A program made the translations under genes and the position numbers. The notes beneath the pieces were generated by a model. That model ran no database searches, had not been told where the DNA came from, and saw only the letters and a list, made by a program, of their open reading frames with translations. From an uncultured euryarchaeote (lineage in GTDB: Archaea; Thermoplasmatota; Poseidoniia; Poseidoniales; Poseidoniaceae): a DNA stretch of 64,000 bases. Of this stretch, positions 49,401 through 58,449 are shown piece by piece (the first letter of the stretch is position 1; every line of letters starts with the position of its first letter). The stretch lies in assembly GCA_937899865.1 (NCBI GenBank), contig CALBRH010000063.1:32001-96000 (forward strand). The letters run 5' to 3'.

Positions 49401-50358
49401 AGTTAGAACTCTAGAACGTTCGATGGAAAAGCATGGGCCAGTAAATATGCTTGCTATAGAACAATATGCTGAATGCGAAGAAAGACTTGATTCAATGAAG
49501 GTAGAGTTCAAGCAATTACAATCAAGAAGAGCAAACCTGGTTGAAATCACAGAGAAATTGGAATCACAAAGAAAAGAAAAACTAATCAAAGTTTTAGATA
49601 AGGTAAATGAGAATTTCAAGGAGTCTTACAAGATTTTGAGTGATGGAGGTAAAGGCGAATTGTATCTTGAAAATCCGGAAGAGCCATTCAAGGGAGGACT
49701 TGAATTATGGGCTAAACCTAAGGGTAAGTCATCCAAGGTGAATCGTTTACAATTGTCTGGCGGCGAACAATCGATGGCAGCTCTAGCGTTGATTTTCGCA
49801 ATACAAGATTATGATCCAAGTCCATTTTACTACTTTGATGAAGTAGACCAAAACCTAGATGCTATAAATGCAGAAAGGATTGCTAAAATGTGTAGAAAGA
49901 GAAGCAAGAAGGCGCAATTCCTAATGGTTACTTTGCGTAAAGTTTCACTACGTCTAGCCGATCACCACATAGGAATAACTCATGGTGGAGATGGTTGTAG
50001 TAGAAGAATAGTTGATTTCGACCGTGAGAGAGCAATCAAACTAAGTGAAATAGAATCAGCTAAAAACAATCCACTAGATGAGAGAATTAGCGCTATTGCT
50101 CTTGAAAAGATACTAGATGCTCAAACAGATATGCCAACAGTTCCAGAACCTCTACCTCCACCGAGTAGTTTGGGAGGACTGCTTAACTTCACCAATGATT
50201 TAGAAGAGGAAGAAACCACGATTTCAGGTCTTATGGAAAGAACCAGTGAGACCACAGAAGATATTGAAGAAAGGCGAGAAATAGTCGAAGCGATAGAATC
50301 TATAGAGCAAGAATCTGAACAAATAGAGCAAGAAAAGCAAGTCGAAGAAGAAATTTGA
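46465..50358 (+). CDS. smc: Chromosome segregation protein SMC
   Basis: NFKSF, GPNGSGKSN, VLQGDV Q-loop, hinge GRATFLPL / GG.MIGG, LSGGEQS signature, FDEVD Walker B. Confidence 0.98.
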   Translation: MYLKALEVSNFKSFRGDVTIPLERGFTAITGPNGSGKSNCGDAIQFVLGPRSNKTIRAQNSKDLIFNGGNNYNAARSCNVTLVFANPSMDNGRRRLPLNMEEVRMSRSIRLTKSGNVVTNYRLNGEESSQKSFHRILSSANARPDGYNIVLQGDVTSLAKMTAKERRKVLDSVAGVTLYDDEIRKADRQKDSVDDYIERIKLLEDSQKIRLKELKKQKDLAVKVKDLVEELNQARITSYQANYASQLAEKQYQVNEQSRYLEEANNLEQQVREGSKTLLSLDDQIGELQKQIEELTGGESKGLNKVIFDLHLKIDTNKDKISDAEEKDVEDKAELTELSEQLDGAKAALEEFISNLDSAKSDLSESKISLDEAQAEELEVQKIMESSGDESAKFSQQLTQLLSELEQANERLSAAQNEVNKTAVQAELITEQLAISQDAAEENRLSLGELEIQGEELSGSNSGLDRNKLSKDLITAQRSEEKLVEESQLIETKLREAERSRERLRAEMENSSGSKGMAGGAAAVIAARDNGELSGIIGTIAELCAPVDSSHESALATAIGGGMTSIVVENDEIAAKAIKWLAERRAGRATFLPLNKLNNNRAAGKALMVSKKPGVVGFAHELLDYDPKIDIAIKFVLRNTLIVDSLSTARSYMGGVRLVTLRGDVTEAGGAMIGGSKRKMSVSFGGGIKGASEIEKISGEIEKLQLMSETVSAALHQARKEQQQLRTKINELTDSDQAVKLQEWRAELKQAKSVYNKSLAEVTANEVKLTDLEVLASKQIDALDEAQSVVADLNVSIGDTREEMESASPDHLKDRLHAAQIKRVDAEGVMAKALTALESGSEHESLLSDRVDDLSSRIESLNSNIISRSEMIDNLQASIATDSIELKDREEERTQLLEENKGLEDERIALVDERASLRTELTQKSTDAQSRRRLSDELGRSIINKEMVINELFAEMQNNQIEPASADTSLPSVGDAEKRVRTLERSMEKHGPVNMLAIEQYAECEERLDSMKVEFKQLQSRRANLVEITEKLESQRKEKLIKVLDKVNENFKESYKILSDGGKGELYLENPEEPFKGGLELWAKPKGKSSKVNRLQLSGGEQSMAALALIFAIQDYDPSPFYYFDEVDQNLDAINAERIAKMCRKRSKKAQFLMVTLRKVSLRLADHHIGITHGGDGCSRRIVDFDRERAIKLSEIESAKNNPLDERISAIALEKILDAQTDMPTVPEPLPPPSSLGGLLNFTNDLEEEETTISGLMERTSETTEDIEERREIVEAIESIEQESEQIEQEKQVEEEI

Positions 50359-50368
50359 GAGTGGTATT

Positions 50369-51541
50369 TTGGCATCTAAACAATCAGCACTGGACAAATG
50401 GTTCCTTAGACAGGACATCATTAATCAGTTACTTGAGTCAGGTGAAGAATCTGAAGATGCGTTGAAATTTGCTGAAAGGATAATGCCAGTAGTCGAGGCA
50501 GAAGAATCGGAATATCAATCATTAGAAGACCCATTTGACCGTTCTGTAGCCTTAGTATTATCATTGGTTAAGGATCAAGAATTAAACCCCTGGGATGTCG
50601 ATTTGTCTACATTTCTCAAAGTATTTACTAAAAGAGTTAGGCTTGAGTCGGATAAACTCAATCTTCCAGCATGTGGTAGACTAATTAGAATGTCTTGGGA
50701 AGTATTGAATCAACAAGCAATAGTTTTGTTTGACCGAGTACAAAATATGGATCAAGAAGATGAGTGGGAAGATGAGATAGATTTTGGATGGGAATCAGAT
50801 TATGATGACCAAGATTACCTATTTACTACTTCTATTCTAGAGGGCCAGGTTGATGACATTTTACCATCATTATTTGATGAGAGGATTCGAAGGGAAGAGG
50901 GCCGACCAGTAACCTTAGGAGAGTTATTATCTGCATTCAAAGATGCTGCGGAGGATGCTGAAGGGTTGAAGATTAGAGAAGAGAACCGTTTGGCGCATCA
51001 GGCAGAACTTGGAGAATATCTAAGCGATGTAGGGGGAAGGATGCATAATGAGGATTTGGAAGGAGATATATTCCGTTGTTGGAGTGCTCTAAGAAAAACC
51101 TGTAAAAAATTCGATTCTGTCAAAGTAAGAGTAATTGATGTAATGAAAGAATTAGGTGTTATTTTGGAGCAAGAAAATGGCCATGAGCCCGAAGGCTATG
51201 AAGAAGAAGCTAAGGTCGCCTCATTTATTGCTAGTCTATTTTTAACTCACAGAGGATATGCTTTAATCAGCCAAGATGAAGTTCCATATGGTGAAATAAT
51301 GTTGGAAGATTTGTGGCCTAATGTTGCTGAGTTTGAAGAAGTTAATCAAAGGATAGAGGAAAAGAAGAATGTTCAATCACAGGAAAGCGAGAAAGAAGAA
51401 ACAGGCTCGGTTCAATTTGCTAAAAGAAGAGCTGAGAAGTTGAGAATAAAGGAAGAAAAAGAGCGTGCTGCGATGGAGAAGTCGATTGCTGAGCAAGAGG
51501 TTAAAGAAGACCTCCCCTCACACGAATGGTTAGTGGAGTAA
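50369..51541 (+). CDS. scpA: Segregation/condensation protein A (kleisin)
   Basis: LVKDQELNPWDVDL, LNLPACGRLI, RPVTLGELL, FIASLFL; between smc and scpB. Confidence 0.8.
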   Translation: MASKQSALDKWFLRQDIINQLLESGEESEDALKFAERIMPVVEAEESEYQSLEDPFDRSVALVLSLVKDQELNPWDVDLSTFLKVFTKRVRLESDKLNLPACGRLIRMSWEVLNQQAIVLFDRVQNMDQEDEWEDEIDFGWESDYDDQDYLFTTSILEGQVDDILPSLFDERIRREEGRPVTLGELLSAFKDAAEDAEGLKIREENRLAHQAELGEYLSDVGGRMHNEDLEGDIFRCWSALRKTCKKFDSVKVRVIDVMKELGVILEQENGHEPEGYEEEAKVASFIASLFLTHRGYALISQDEVPYGEIMLEDLWPNVAEFEEVNQRIEEKKNVQSQESEKEETGSVQFAKRRAEKLRIKEEKERAAMEKSIAEQEVKEDLPSHEWLVE

Positions 51542-51553
51542 GGATTTGGTTAC

Positions 51554-52159
51554 ATGTCGGAATTACAACTTGATACCTTACTTGAAGCAACTCTGTTTGG
51601 TGCAGGAAGATCTATGTCAGTTACCGAACTTTGCGAGTCTTTAGGTTATGATGAAGATGAGATGTTAGATTGTTTGTATTCGCTTCGCTCAACATTGAAA
51701 AGACGACGAGGAGGGGCTTTGCAAATTGCAGAGGTCGGCGATCGATGGGCTATTGAAGTAAAGCCAGAGATTGCTGAACATCTCCCCAAAGAGGCGAAAA
51801 CGGAATTGCCGAAAAAATTGCTAAAAGCAGCCTCTCTTATCGCATATCATCAACCAATGACGCAATCTAGATTAGTTGAATTATTGGGACAAAAAGCCTA
51901 TGATTATGTTAGAGAACTTGCTCAATATGGCATGATTGATAGAAGGAAAGACGGCAATACTAGAAGGCTGACTACTACTAGAAGATTCTCAGAAGCCTTT
52001 GGATGTCCATATACTGACAGAAAGAAAGTCAAAGCATGGTTTAGGGAACAGGTCCAAAAAACAGGTATTTTGGATGATCTTGAGTCCAGCGACGTGGTAA
52101 AAGATGAATCAGAATATCAAGGAACGGTTCAAGATACTCTTAAATTTGAAGAAGAATGA
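51554..52159 (+). CDS. scpB: Segregation/condensation protein B (kite)
   Basis: LEATLF, LKAASLIAYHQPMTQS, TTRRFSEAFG. Confidence 0.92.
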   Translation: MSELQLDTLLEATLFGAGRSMSVTELCESLGYDEDEMLDCLYSLRSTLKRRRGGALQIAEVGDRWAIEVKPEIAEHLPKEAKTELPKKLLKAASLIAYHQPMTQSRLVELLGQKAYDYVRELAQYGMIDRRKDGNTRRLTTTRRFSEAFGCPYTDRKKVKAWFREQVQKTGILDDLESSDVVKDESEYQGTVQDTLKFEEE

Positions 52160-53479
52160 TTATTCCTTTCTTAATTCGTCTAAGATATTCTTTACAGTTG
52201 TCTGTGTTTTAGGTCCGTTATGAGCCTGCAATCTCGCAGCAACTAATTCGATCTCTTCACCCACTGCCCCAGCACTAACAGCCATGTTTCTTGAGTGTAA
52301 TTTCATGTGACCTGCTTGGATTCCACTGGTTGCTAATGCTCTAAGTGCTCCTAGGTTTTGTGCTAACCCAGCAGCGCAAATGATTCCAGCAAGCTCATTT
52401 GCTGATTGAACGCCTAGTATTGCTAGGTTGGCTTTTGCGGTAGGGTGCACTTTTGATGCTCCACCAACAATTCCCACTGCCATAGGAGTTTCAATTCTGC
52501 CAACCAGGTTACCTTCATCATTAATACTCCAATTTGTCATCGAAGAATAATGATTATTGGAATATGCTGACCATGCATGACATCCAGCCTCAATTGCTCG
52601 CCAGTCTTGTCCACAAGCAACCGCTACACTGCTAATTGCATTCATTACGCCTTTGTTATGTGTAGTGGCCCTAAATGGGTCTGCAACAGCAAAATGATGC
52701 GCTTCTATGATTCCATTGATTACTTCTTTACCATTCTCAATACTGCCATCGCTGGAGAGTTCTTCAGGTGTGAAAATCGCTTCAACTCTTGCTAATCTGT
52801 GGGCTGCTAGATTAGATAAAATCTTCAAATGAACTCTTCCTCCAGTTAAACGTTCTACTTCTGGGGCAATTAATTCAGCCATCGTATTCACTGCATTAGC
52901 GCCCATTGCATCTCTGCAGTCTACAATGATGTGAAGGATTAGCATAGGTCCAGATAGCGTTTCAATTACTCTTGTTTCGATGCGTTTGCAACCTCCTCCT
53001 AATTTGATCATAGTAGATGGTAAACTATTGCACAAAGCAATTATCTCATCTTTAGACTGGTTTAGGTTTTTCATCGCCTCTTGTATGTCAGGTGCATCTA
53101 GGATTTGTATTTGGCCAATCATCAATGGGGCATCATTTTGAGTATGGAATCCGCCGTTTTGTAGGCATCTTTTTGCCATATTAGATGCAGCTGCAACGAC
53201 ACTAGATTCTTCTAAACAAAATGGAATTAAGTAATGCTTCCCATCGATTACAAAGTTTGTAGCAATGCCAACAGGTAATGACATTGTGCCAATTACATTT
53301 TCAATCATCCTATCAGCAGCTTCATCAGATAATTCTCCATTGTTAGCTAAAGCCTCAACTTGTTCATCTGAAATGCCAGATAATTTCTGAACTAATTTTC
53401 TTCTATCATCTACTGACAATTTGAAGAATCCACTCAAACGACTATTCTCTACAGGCACCCTCTCACCATGCATAGGCAT
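52160..53479 (-). CDS. mvaA: Hydroxymethylglutaryl-CoA reductase, class II (bacterial-type)
   Basis: ENVIG, EESSVVAA, DAMGANAVNT, ILSNL, RATTHNKG, GQDWRAIEAG, GIQAGHMKLH. Confidence 0.95.
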   Translation of the reverse strand: MPMHGERVPVENSRLSGFFKLSVDDRRKLVQKLSGISDEQVEALANNGELSDEAADRMIENVIGTMSLPVGIATNFVIDGKHYLIPFCLEESSVVAAASNMAKRCLQNGGFHTQNDAPLMIGQIQILDAPDIQEAMKNLNQSKDEIIALCNSLPSTMIKLGGGCKRIETRVIETLSGPMLILHIIVDCRDAMGANAVNTMAELIAPEVERLTGGRVHLKILSNLAAHRLARVEAIFTPEELSSDGSIENGKEVINGIIEAHHFAVADPFRATTHNKGVMNAISSVAVACGQDWRAIEAGCHAWSAYSNNHYSSMTNWSINDEGNLVGRIETPMAVGIVGGASKVHPTAKANLAILGVQSANELAGIICAAGLAQNLGALRALATSGIQAGHMKLHSRNMAVSAGAVGEEIELVAARLQAHNGPKTQTTVKNILDELRKE

Positions 53480-53521
53480 GAGGAGTTGGCAAATAAGTCA
53501 TGGGTTGACATCTTTAGCAAA

Positions 53522-53626
53522 TTAACGGGTTTAACGCTTTTACTAACGCGTTAATTATGCGTTAATTATACGTTATTTCAGTGATTAAAACGATTCGAAT
53601 ATTTCGATTAACACTAAATAACGCGT
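53522..53626. repeat. Intergenic symmetric TAACG/CGTTA array centred on palindrome TAACGCGTTA (53544-53553)
   Basis: TAACG at 53523, 53532, 53544; CGTTA at 53549, 53560, 53571; TAACGCGT at 53619. Confidence 0.75.
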
Positions 53627-53682
53627 CATAATGATCTTGAACTTGGTGAAATATCAAATACCTAATTGCTCGATGCTGTGAT

Positions 53683-55440
53683 ATGCGTGTAGATGGGCTT
53701 GGCTTTGATTTACCGAACTTAACTTCTAATCCATTTTCTGCAATACCATTAGAAGGAAGCAAATCTGATTTGTATGTTGGCAGGCTAGATATTAGAAGGA
53801 GACTTGCACAACATATCAAATTTAGATCTACTAGAAGGATACTAATGGCTGGTGATTTAGGGAGTGGAAGAACATCTTTACTACGCTGTTCGGCACTTGA
53901 AGCCCCAGTTTCAGTCCATATCGACCATATATCAGCCTCTAATCCTCATGAAAGTATACTGCAGAGAATGTATTCTGAATTAGTAGGATATGATTTTCCA
54001 ACAAATACTGTAGAGTTGGTCAAGAAGATGGTCGATTTTTCTCATACATTTAGTGGAAGTTTGCCATTAATTGTCATCGATACTCCTAATGTAGAGGATA
54101 GTGTGCTATATGTTGCATTGAGGGAGGTTTTACCAGCATTGGAGCGGCTTCAAGCAGTAATTGTGGTCGTAGTAGAATCAAAGCAAAGGATGAATATTCC
54201 AGAAAGTGTATTACATAGTTTTGACAATGTTGAGACATTACCCATCTTATCAATTGATGAGGTACAAGCTTTGGTTGAAAAGCGAATATCTTCGGTTAGT
54301 GATCAAGAATTCTCTTTAGATTTTGAGAATGCTCGAGCAATTCACAGCAAGACTGGAGGTTTGCCATTAGAAGTTGTTAAGTTTATGCGAGATGCTATCG
54401 ATAATTATAGAATGAATGATTCTAGTTCTAATCAGCAATATGAGCCACAGATTAATCAAAATGATGCTGTAGAAATTCAAGTTCAAGAACCAGTTTTACA
54501 AAACGATAAGAATCTAGTAGAAGTTAATGATTCAGAAATTATTGATGCATCAATGCCATGGAATGAGAGGGATAGTGAAAGTAAATCTTCCATGTTTGAG
54601 GCTCCAACAAACTTATTTGATTTTGATTTGGATTTAGATGGTTTATCAGAATCACAACAATCTGATAAACCGGTTGAAGATTTAGCATATTCTGCAAATC
54701 CAGATACAGAAGAGATAATCATTGCAGATTCTAAGCCGAGACCTAAGATAGATGCAGGAGCATTTGGTGGGTTACTTGGTAGAACTAGAGATTTTGATGA
54801 AATGGAGAAAAATGAACCTGAGGAAATGGTTAACCAACACAATAACGATGGTACTGAACTTTGGATTTCCAAGGAAATGATTGAAGCGGAAGAAAAGATT
54901 GAGTTCGAGGAACATAACTCTGCAGAATTGATTTATGATGAAATTGGATTGGAAGATGATGGAGATGAATTAGAGGAATTTAATACTCCTACTGTAGATG
55001 AAATTAGCAACATTGCAGATAGTCAAGAAGATTCTTTAGCTATACAGAAAATAATGGCATTATTGGCCAATTTGGTTTCTCAAACATCGCAACAAAAAAT
55101 ACAACCAGGTGACGATTTCTTAGATTCTTTACTTAATCTTTCAGAAAAGCGATTTGGTGAAAAAATAGATTACCCACTAAATCCAACTGTATTATCTTCA
55201 CTTAATTCTAGTGAATCATATGTTCTTTCAATAGCAAAAGTAAGAAAATACTCACCTAGTGATAAAGAAATCTTAGAACATTTGGGGATAAAGCGGCCAA
55301 GGTTGTCACAAATCAGCAACAAGCTACTAAAGTCAGGAATTCTAAATGCTAGGATGAAGGGTCGAAGTAGATATTACGAATTAACTCAATCAGCAAAAGC
55401 CCAACTTATTGCTTGGGGAATAATAGGAGGTGATGAATAA
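53683..55440 (+). CDS. P-loop/AAA-type ATPase-like domain + acidic linker + C-terminal winged helix-turn-helix
   Basis: NPFSAIPL....LYVGR, GDLGSGRTS (Walker A with K>R), LIVIDTP, KTGGLPLEV; C-terminal ILEHLGIKRPRLSQISNKLLKSGIL...GRSRYYELT. Confidence 0.75.
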   Translation: MRVDGLGFDLPNLTSNPFSAIPLEGSKSDLYVGRLDIRRRLAQHIKFRSTRRILMAGDLGSGRTSLLRCSALEAPVSVHIDHISASNPHESILQRMYSELVGYDFPTNTVELVKKMVDFSHTFSGSLPLIVIDTPNVEDSVLYVALREVLPALERLQAVIVVVVESKQRMNIPESVLHSFDNVETLPILSIDEVQALVEKRISSVSDQEFSLDFENARAIHSKTGGLPLEVVKFMRDAIDNYRMNDSSSNQQYEPQINQNDAVEIQVQEPVLQNDKNLVEVNDSEIIDASMPWNERDSESKSSMFEAPTNLFDFDLDLDGLSESQQSDKPVEDLAYSANPDTEEIIIADSKPRPKIDAGAFGGLLGRTRDFDEMEKNEPEEMVNQHNNDGTELWISKEMIEAEEKIEFEEHNSAELIYDEIGLEDDGDELEEFNTPTVDEISNIADSQEDSLAIQKIMALLANLVSQTSQQKIQPGDDFLDSLLNLSEKRFGEKIDYPLNPTVLSSLNSSESYVLSIAKVRKYSPSDKEILEHLGIKRPRLSQISNKLLKSGILNARMKGRSRYYELTQSAKAQLIAWGIIGGDE

Positions 55441-56486
55441 TGTCTTGGAGCATATCTTGGTCATGGCAAGCCGCAGCAAGAATCTCAGCAATAGCTGCCG
55501 TTGAGGGAGGTATTGTAGTTAGTAATGGTTTGGAATTAGTACTAATTGAATCAGATGGACGTATTAGATGGACAGTAAAAACGCCATTCAAAGTTCATTC
55601 AATAAATTATCATAATGGAGTTCTAGCTGCTCTTGCTGCTCATGGATTTTATGTAATTTCAACTACTGATGGTAGTATGTTACATGATGGAAGATCTACA
55701 TATGGTGGTTTTACAGATGTATTATCTCGTCCAGGTGGTGGATGGATTTTATCTGGTAAAGAAGGTCAAATGCATCTATTTTCACATGAAGGAGTTGGCA
55801 TAAAGAGATTTGAAACAGGTAAAGTTAGGAGATTAGTAGGTTGGCTGGATAGAGAACATATTTTGTGGCAATCCGATGAAGGTAAACTATGGTGCGGAAG
55901 ACTTGGCAATAATTATTCAAAACGTTGTGTTGAAGATAGGATTTGGAGTTGGGTATCAAGACTTGACCAAGGTAGATTACTTTTACAAACCAGTTCAGGG
56001 GAAATCTGGGAAGGAGTGCCTCATCCATTTGGCTGGGATCATATTGAAAAGTTACAGTCTGATTCATTGGAACCCATGGAAGGAATAAGATGCGGTGATG
56101 GTTGGTGGGTCTTGGGAATAGAAGGATTACTGTATCATTTATCAGGTCTAAATAATGAGAATGATACTACTTTGGGACAAAATATGAATTTAGGAGATTT
56201 ATTACAGAAAGTTACTGCTGATAGTATGGTTACAGCAACGAGAAATGGATTACTTAGAATGTGGAAAGCACCTCACTTGGCTAATTCAGAAAGAGAAAGT
56301 CGTTTCCAAGCCGCTGCTGAGGCTGCATTGGCTAGAAACTGGGATGAAAGGAAAGTAATGTTTGATCGTGCTAGACAAGCAGAAGACGAGGGTAGATTAT
56401 CACTAGCTGTAGAATTATACCAGGCTCTTGGTAGACAAGAGGATGTCAAGAGATTACTAAAAAGACAAAAGGAGGGTGGAGAGTGA
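55440..56486 (+). CDS. Beta-propeller (WD40/PQQ-like) protein with helical TPR-like C-terminus
   Basis: Repeated Trp/Gly-rich beta blades (DGRIRW, GGWILSG.EG, GLLRMW); C-terminal AVELYQALGR; 1-bp overlap with the upstream stop. Confidence 0.6.
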   Translation: MSWSISWSWQAAARISAIAAVEGGIVVSNGLELVLIESDGRIRWTVKTPFKVHSINYHNGVLAALAAHGFYVISTTDGSMLHDGRSTYGGFTDVLSRPGGGWILSGKEGQMHLFSHEGVGIKRFETGKVRRLVGWLDREHILWQSDEGKLWCGRLGNNYSKRCVEDRIWSWVSRLDQGRLLLQTSSGEIWEGVPHPFGWDHIEKLQSDSLEPMEGIRCGDGWWVLGIEGLLYHLSGLNNENDTTLGQNMNLGDLLQKVTADSMVTATRNGLLRMWKAPHLANSERESRFQAAAEAALARNWDERKVMFDRARQAEDEGRLSLAVELYQALGRQEDVKRLLKRQKEGGE

Positions 56487-56779
56487 CAATTGAAGATACA
56501 ATCTCTAAAGAAAAGTTACTACATTACCTTAATCTAACCAAAGAAGCAAGAGAAAAGGCTACTGCAATACATCCAGAAGGTTCTAAGGAAGCAGAAATGC
56601 TTGCAGTATTAATTAGAATGGCTGACGATTATTCCAGCGATGCTAACTATTTCATGGAAAATGGCGACTATGTCAGGGCTTTTGGTGCCATAAATTATGC
56701 TCATGCTTGGATTGATGCAGGTATCAAACTGAAACTACTAGATGGTCATGGAGATGACGATCTGTTTACTTTACCTTAA
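56483..56779 (+). CDS. DUF357 domain protein
   Basis: MADDYSSDANYF...GDYVRAFGAINYAHAWIDAG. Confidence 0.88.
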   Translation: MTIEDTISKEKLLHYLNLTKEAREKATAIHPEGSKEAEMLAVLIRMADDYSSDANYFMENGDYVRAFGAINYAHAWIDAGIKLKLLDGHGDDDLFTLP

Positions 56780-56784
56780 TCGTT

Positions 56785-57165
56785 CTATAGACCTTCAATA
56801 AGTCTTAAATGATTATTTTTTGCCACTTCAACAACTGAGCGACCTGATTGATATAATCGCTTTTTCAATGCCTTATCGATAGTCAAAACAGCGTAACTAT
56901 GTTGTATTGATAATTCGAAAATATAGTCATCAGTATGAGAATTTTCAAATGAATCCATAGAAACAGATTTTTGTTTTAGCAGTTCAAGTAACAATGACTT
57001 TCTTCTTGGTCTTTCAATTTCTAGAGCTTCAAGTTCAATCAAAACGCTATCTAGAAGAATCAATTCATAATTACCAAACATGCGTTCTAACTCTGATTCG
57101 AAATTGATACCTGAATCAATTATTGCAACCCAGCCGCAGCTGTCAACAATAATTTTCTGTGTCAT
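56785..57165 (-). CDS. PIN-domain protein (Fcf1/Utp24-like), conserved neighbour of eIF2-gamma
   Basis: IIVDS, VLIEL, HTDD, AVLTIDKALKKR. Confidence 0.8.
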   Translation of the reverse strand: MTQKIIVDSCGWVAIIDSGINFESELERMFGNYELILLDSVLIELEALEIERPRRKSLLLELLKQKSVSMDSFENSHTDDYIFELSIQHSYAVLTIDKALKKRLYQSGRSVVEVAKNNHLRLIEGL

Positions 57166-57173
57166 TGTATCGC

Positions 57174-58412
57174 CTATTGAATGATACCGTATCCAATTAA
57201 TCTCCAGCGAGAACCAATTCTTCGTGATAATGAAACTCTTTCTCCGGTATCAACACATATTGGTAATTTTAACTCTAGAGAAGTTCTGGTCTTTTCTGCA
57301 TTTTTCGTGACTCCAACAGATGTAGCAGTTGCAACATTTATCATTAACATCTCGTTATTTCTTAGAGGATGTATTTTCTCTGGATTTGAACCATCTGTAG
57401 AGACCATATTGTCCATTAAATGAACAGAAATCTCAATTGAATTTTTAACTTCTGGGAGAGATCCAGATAAAGAAACAACTTGTCCAGATAGGTTATCTGA
57501 AGTTGTAATAGATGGGTCAAGTTGTGTTGCTAACCCACATAGACCTCCAGCATGCATTTTTTCTAAAGCTAATCCGCCACCTTGCATACTAGTTACAGTT
57601 GCCTTAATTGGCTCCCAACGAATCTTAGATCCTTGCTGAATTTTTCTTCCTGGACCGATTTCAATTTCATCGCCAATTTTGAATTCTCCTCTAACGATGC
57701 TACCTCCAATAACTCCACCCTTAAGTTTGGTAGGACGAGTTCCCGGCCTGTTTATGTCAAATGATCTTGCGACATGCATTAGAGGCTTTTCTTTATCATC
57801 TCTATCAGGTGTTGGAATAGTTTTCTCGATAGCATCTATCAATATATCTAAGTTAACATCATGGTGAGCCGATACTGGAATAATTGGAGCATCTTCAGCA
57901 ACAGTACCTTTCAAGAATTCTTTAATTTCTTGATATGATTCAACAGCACGTTCTCTGGTGACTAGGTCAATTTTGTTTTGAACTACTACTATGTTTTTGA
58001 TACCTGACATATTTAGTGCCATTAAATGCTCTCTAGTTTGTGGTTGAGGGCACTTTTCATTTGCTGCAACCATCAACATTGCACCATCCATAATTGATGC
58101 TCCAGTAATCATTATTGCCATTAGTGTCTCGTGACCAGGTGCGTCAACAAAAGATACAACTCTTTGAAGTTCATTATCGACATCCTTTTTGCCATTAGGA
58201 TTCTTTCCAGATGCGTAAAATGTACCGTCTTTGGTTTTATAGAATGCAGTATCTGCATAGCCCAATTTAATTGATATACCGCGCTTTCTTTCTTCTGAAT
58301 GAGTATCAGTCCAAACTCCAGAAAGAGCCTTTGTCAAAGTAGTCTTTCCATGGTCTACGTGACCAACTAATCCGATATTTACGGTTGGTTGTGCAGGAAG
58401 TTTTCTCGCCAT
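57174..58412 (-). CDS. eif2g: Translation initiation factor 2 subunit gamma
   Basis: NIGLVGHVDHGKTT, RGISIKLGY, DAPGHETLM, NKID, RWRLIGYG. Confidence 0.98.
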   Translation of the reverse strand: MARKLPAQPTVNIGLVGHVDHGKTTLTKALSGVWTDTHSEERKRGISIKLGYADTAFYKTKDGTFYASGKNPNGKKDVDNELQRVVSFVDAPGHETLMAIMITGASIMDGAMLMVAANEKCPQPQTREHLMALNMSGIKNIVVVQNKIDLVTRERAVESYQEIKEFLKGTVAEDAPIIPVSAHHDVNLDILIDAIEKTIPTPDRDDKEKPLMHVARSFDINRPGTRPTKLKGGVIGGSIVRGEFKIGDEIEIGPGRKIQQGSKIRWEPIKATVTSMQGGGLALEKMHAGGLCGLATQLDPSITTSDNLSGQVVSLSGSLPEVKNSIEISVHLMDNMVSTDGSNPEKIHPLRNNEMLMINVATATSVGVTKNAEKTRTSLELKLPICVDTGERVSLSRRIGSRWRLIGYGIIQ

Positions 58413-58449
58413 TCCTACACTCTCCTATTCACGAAAACCCTCTCGGGAT

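Noticed and set aside
52160-53479. Bacterial-type HMG-CoA reductase as a novelty
   Set aside because: Class II HMGR is already known in Thermoplasmatales and Archaeoglobus.
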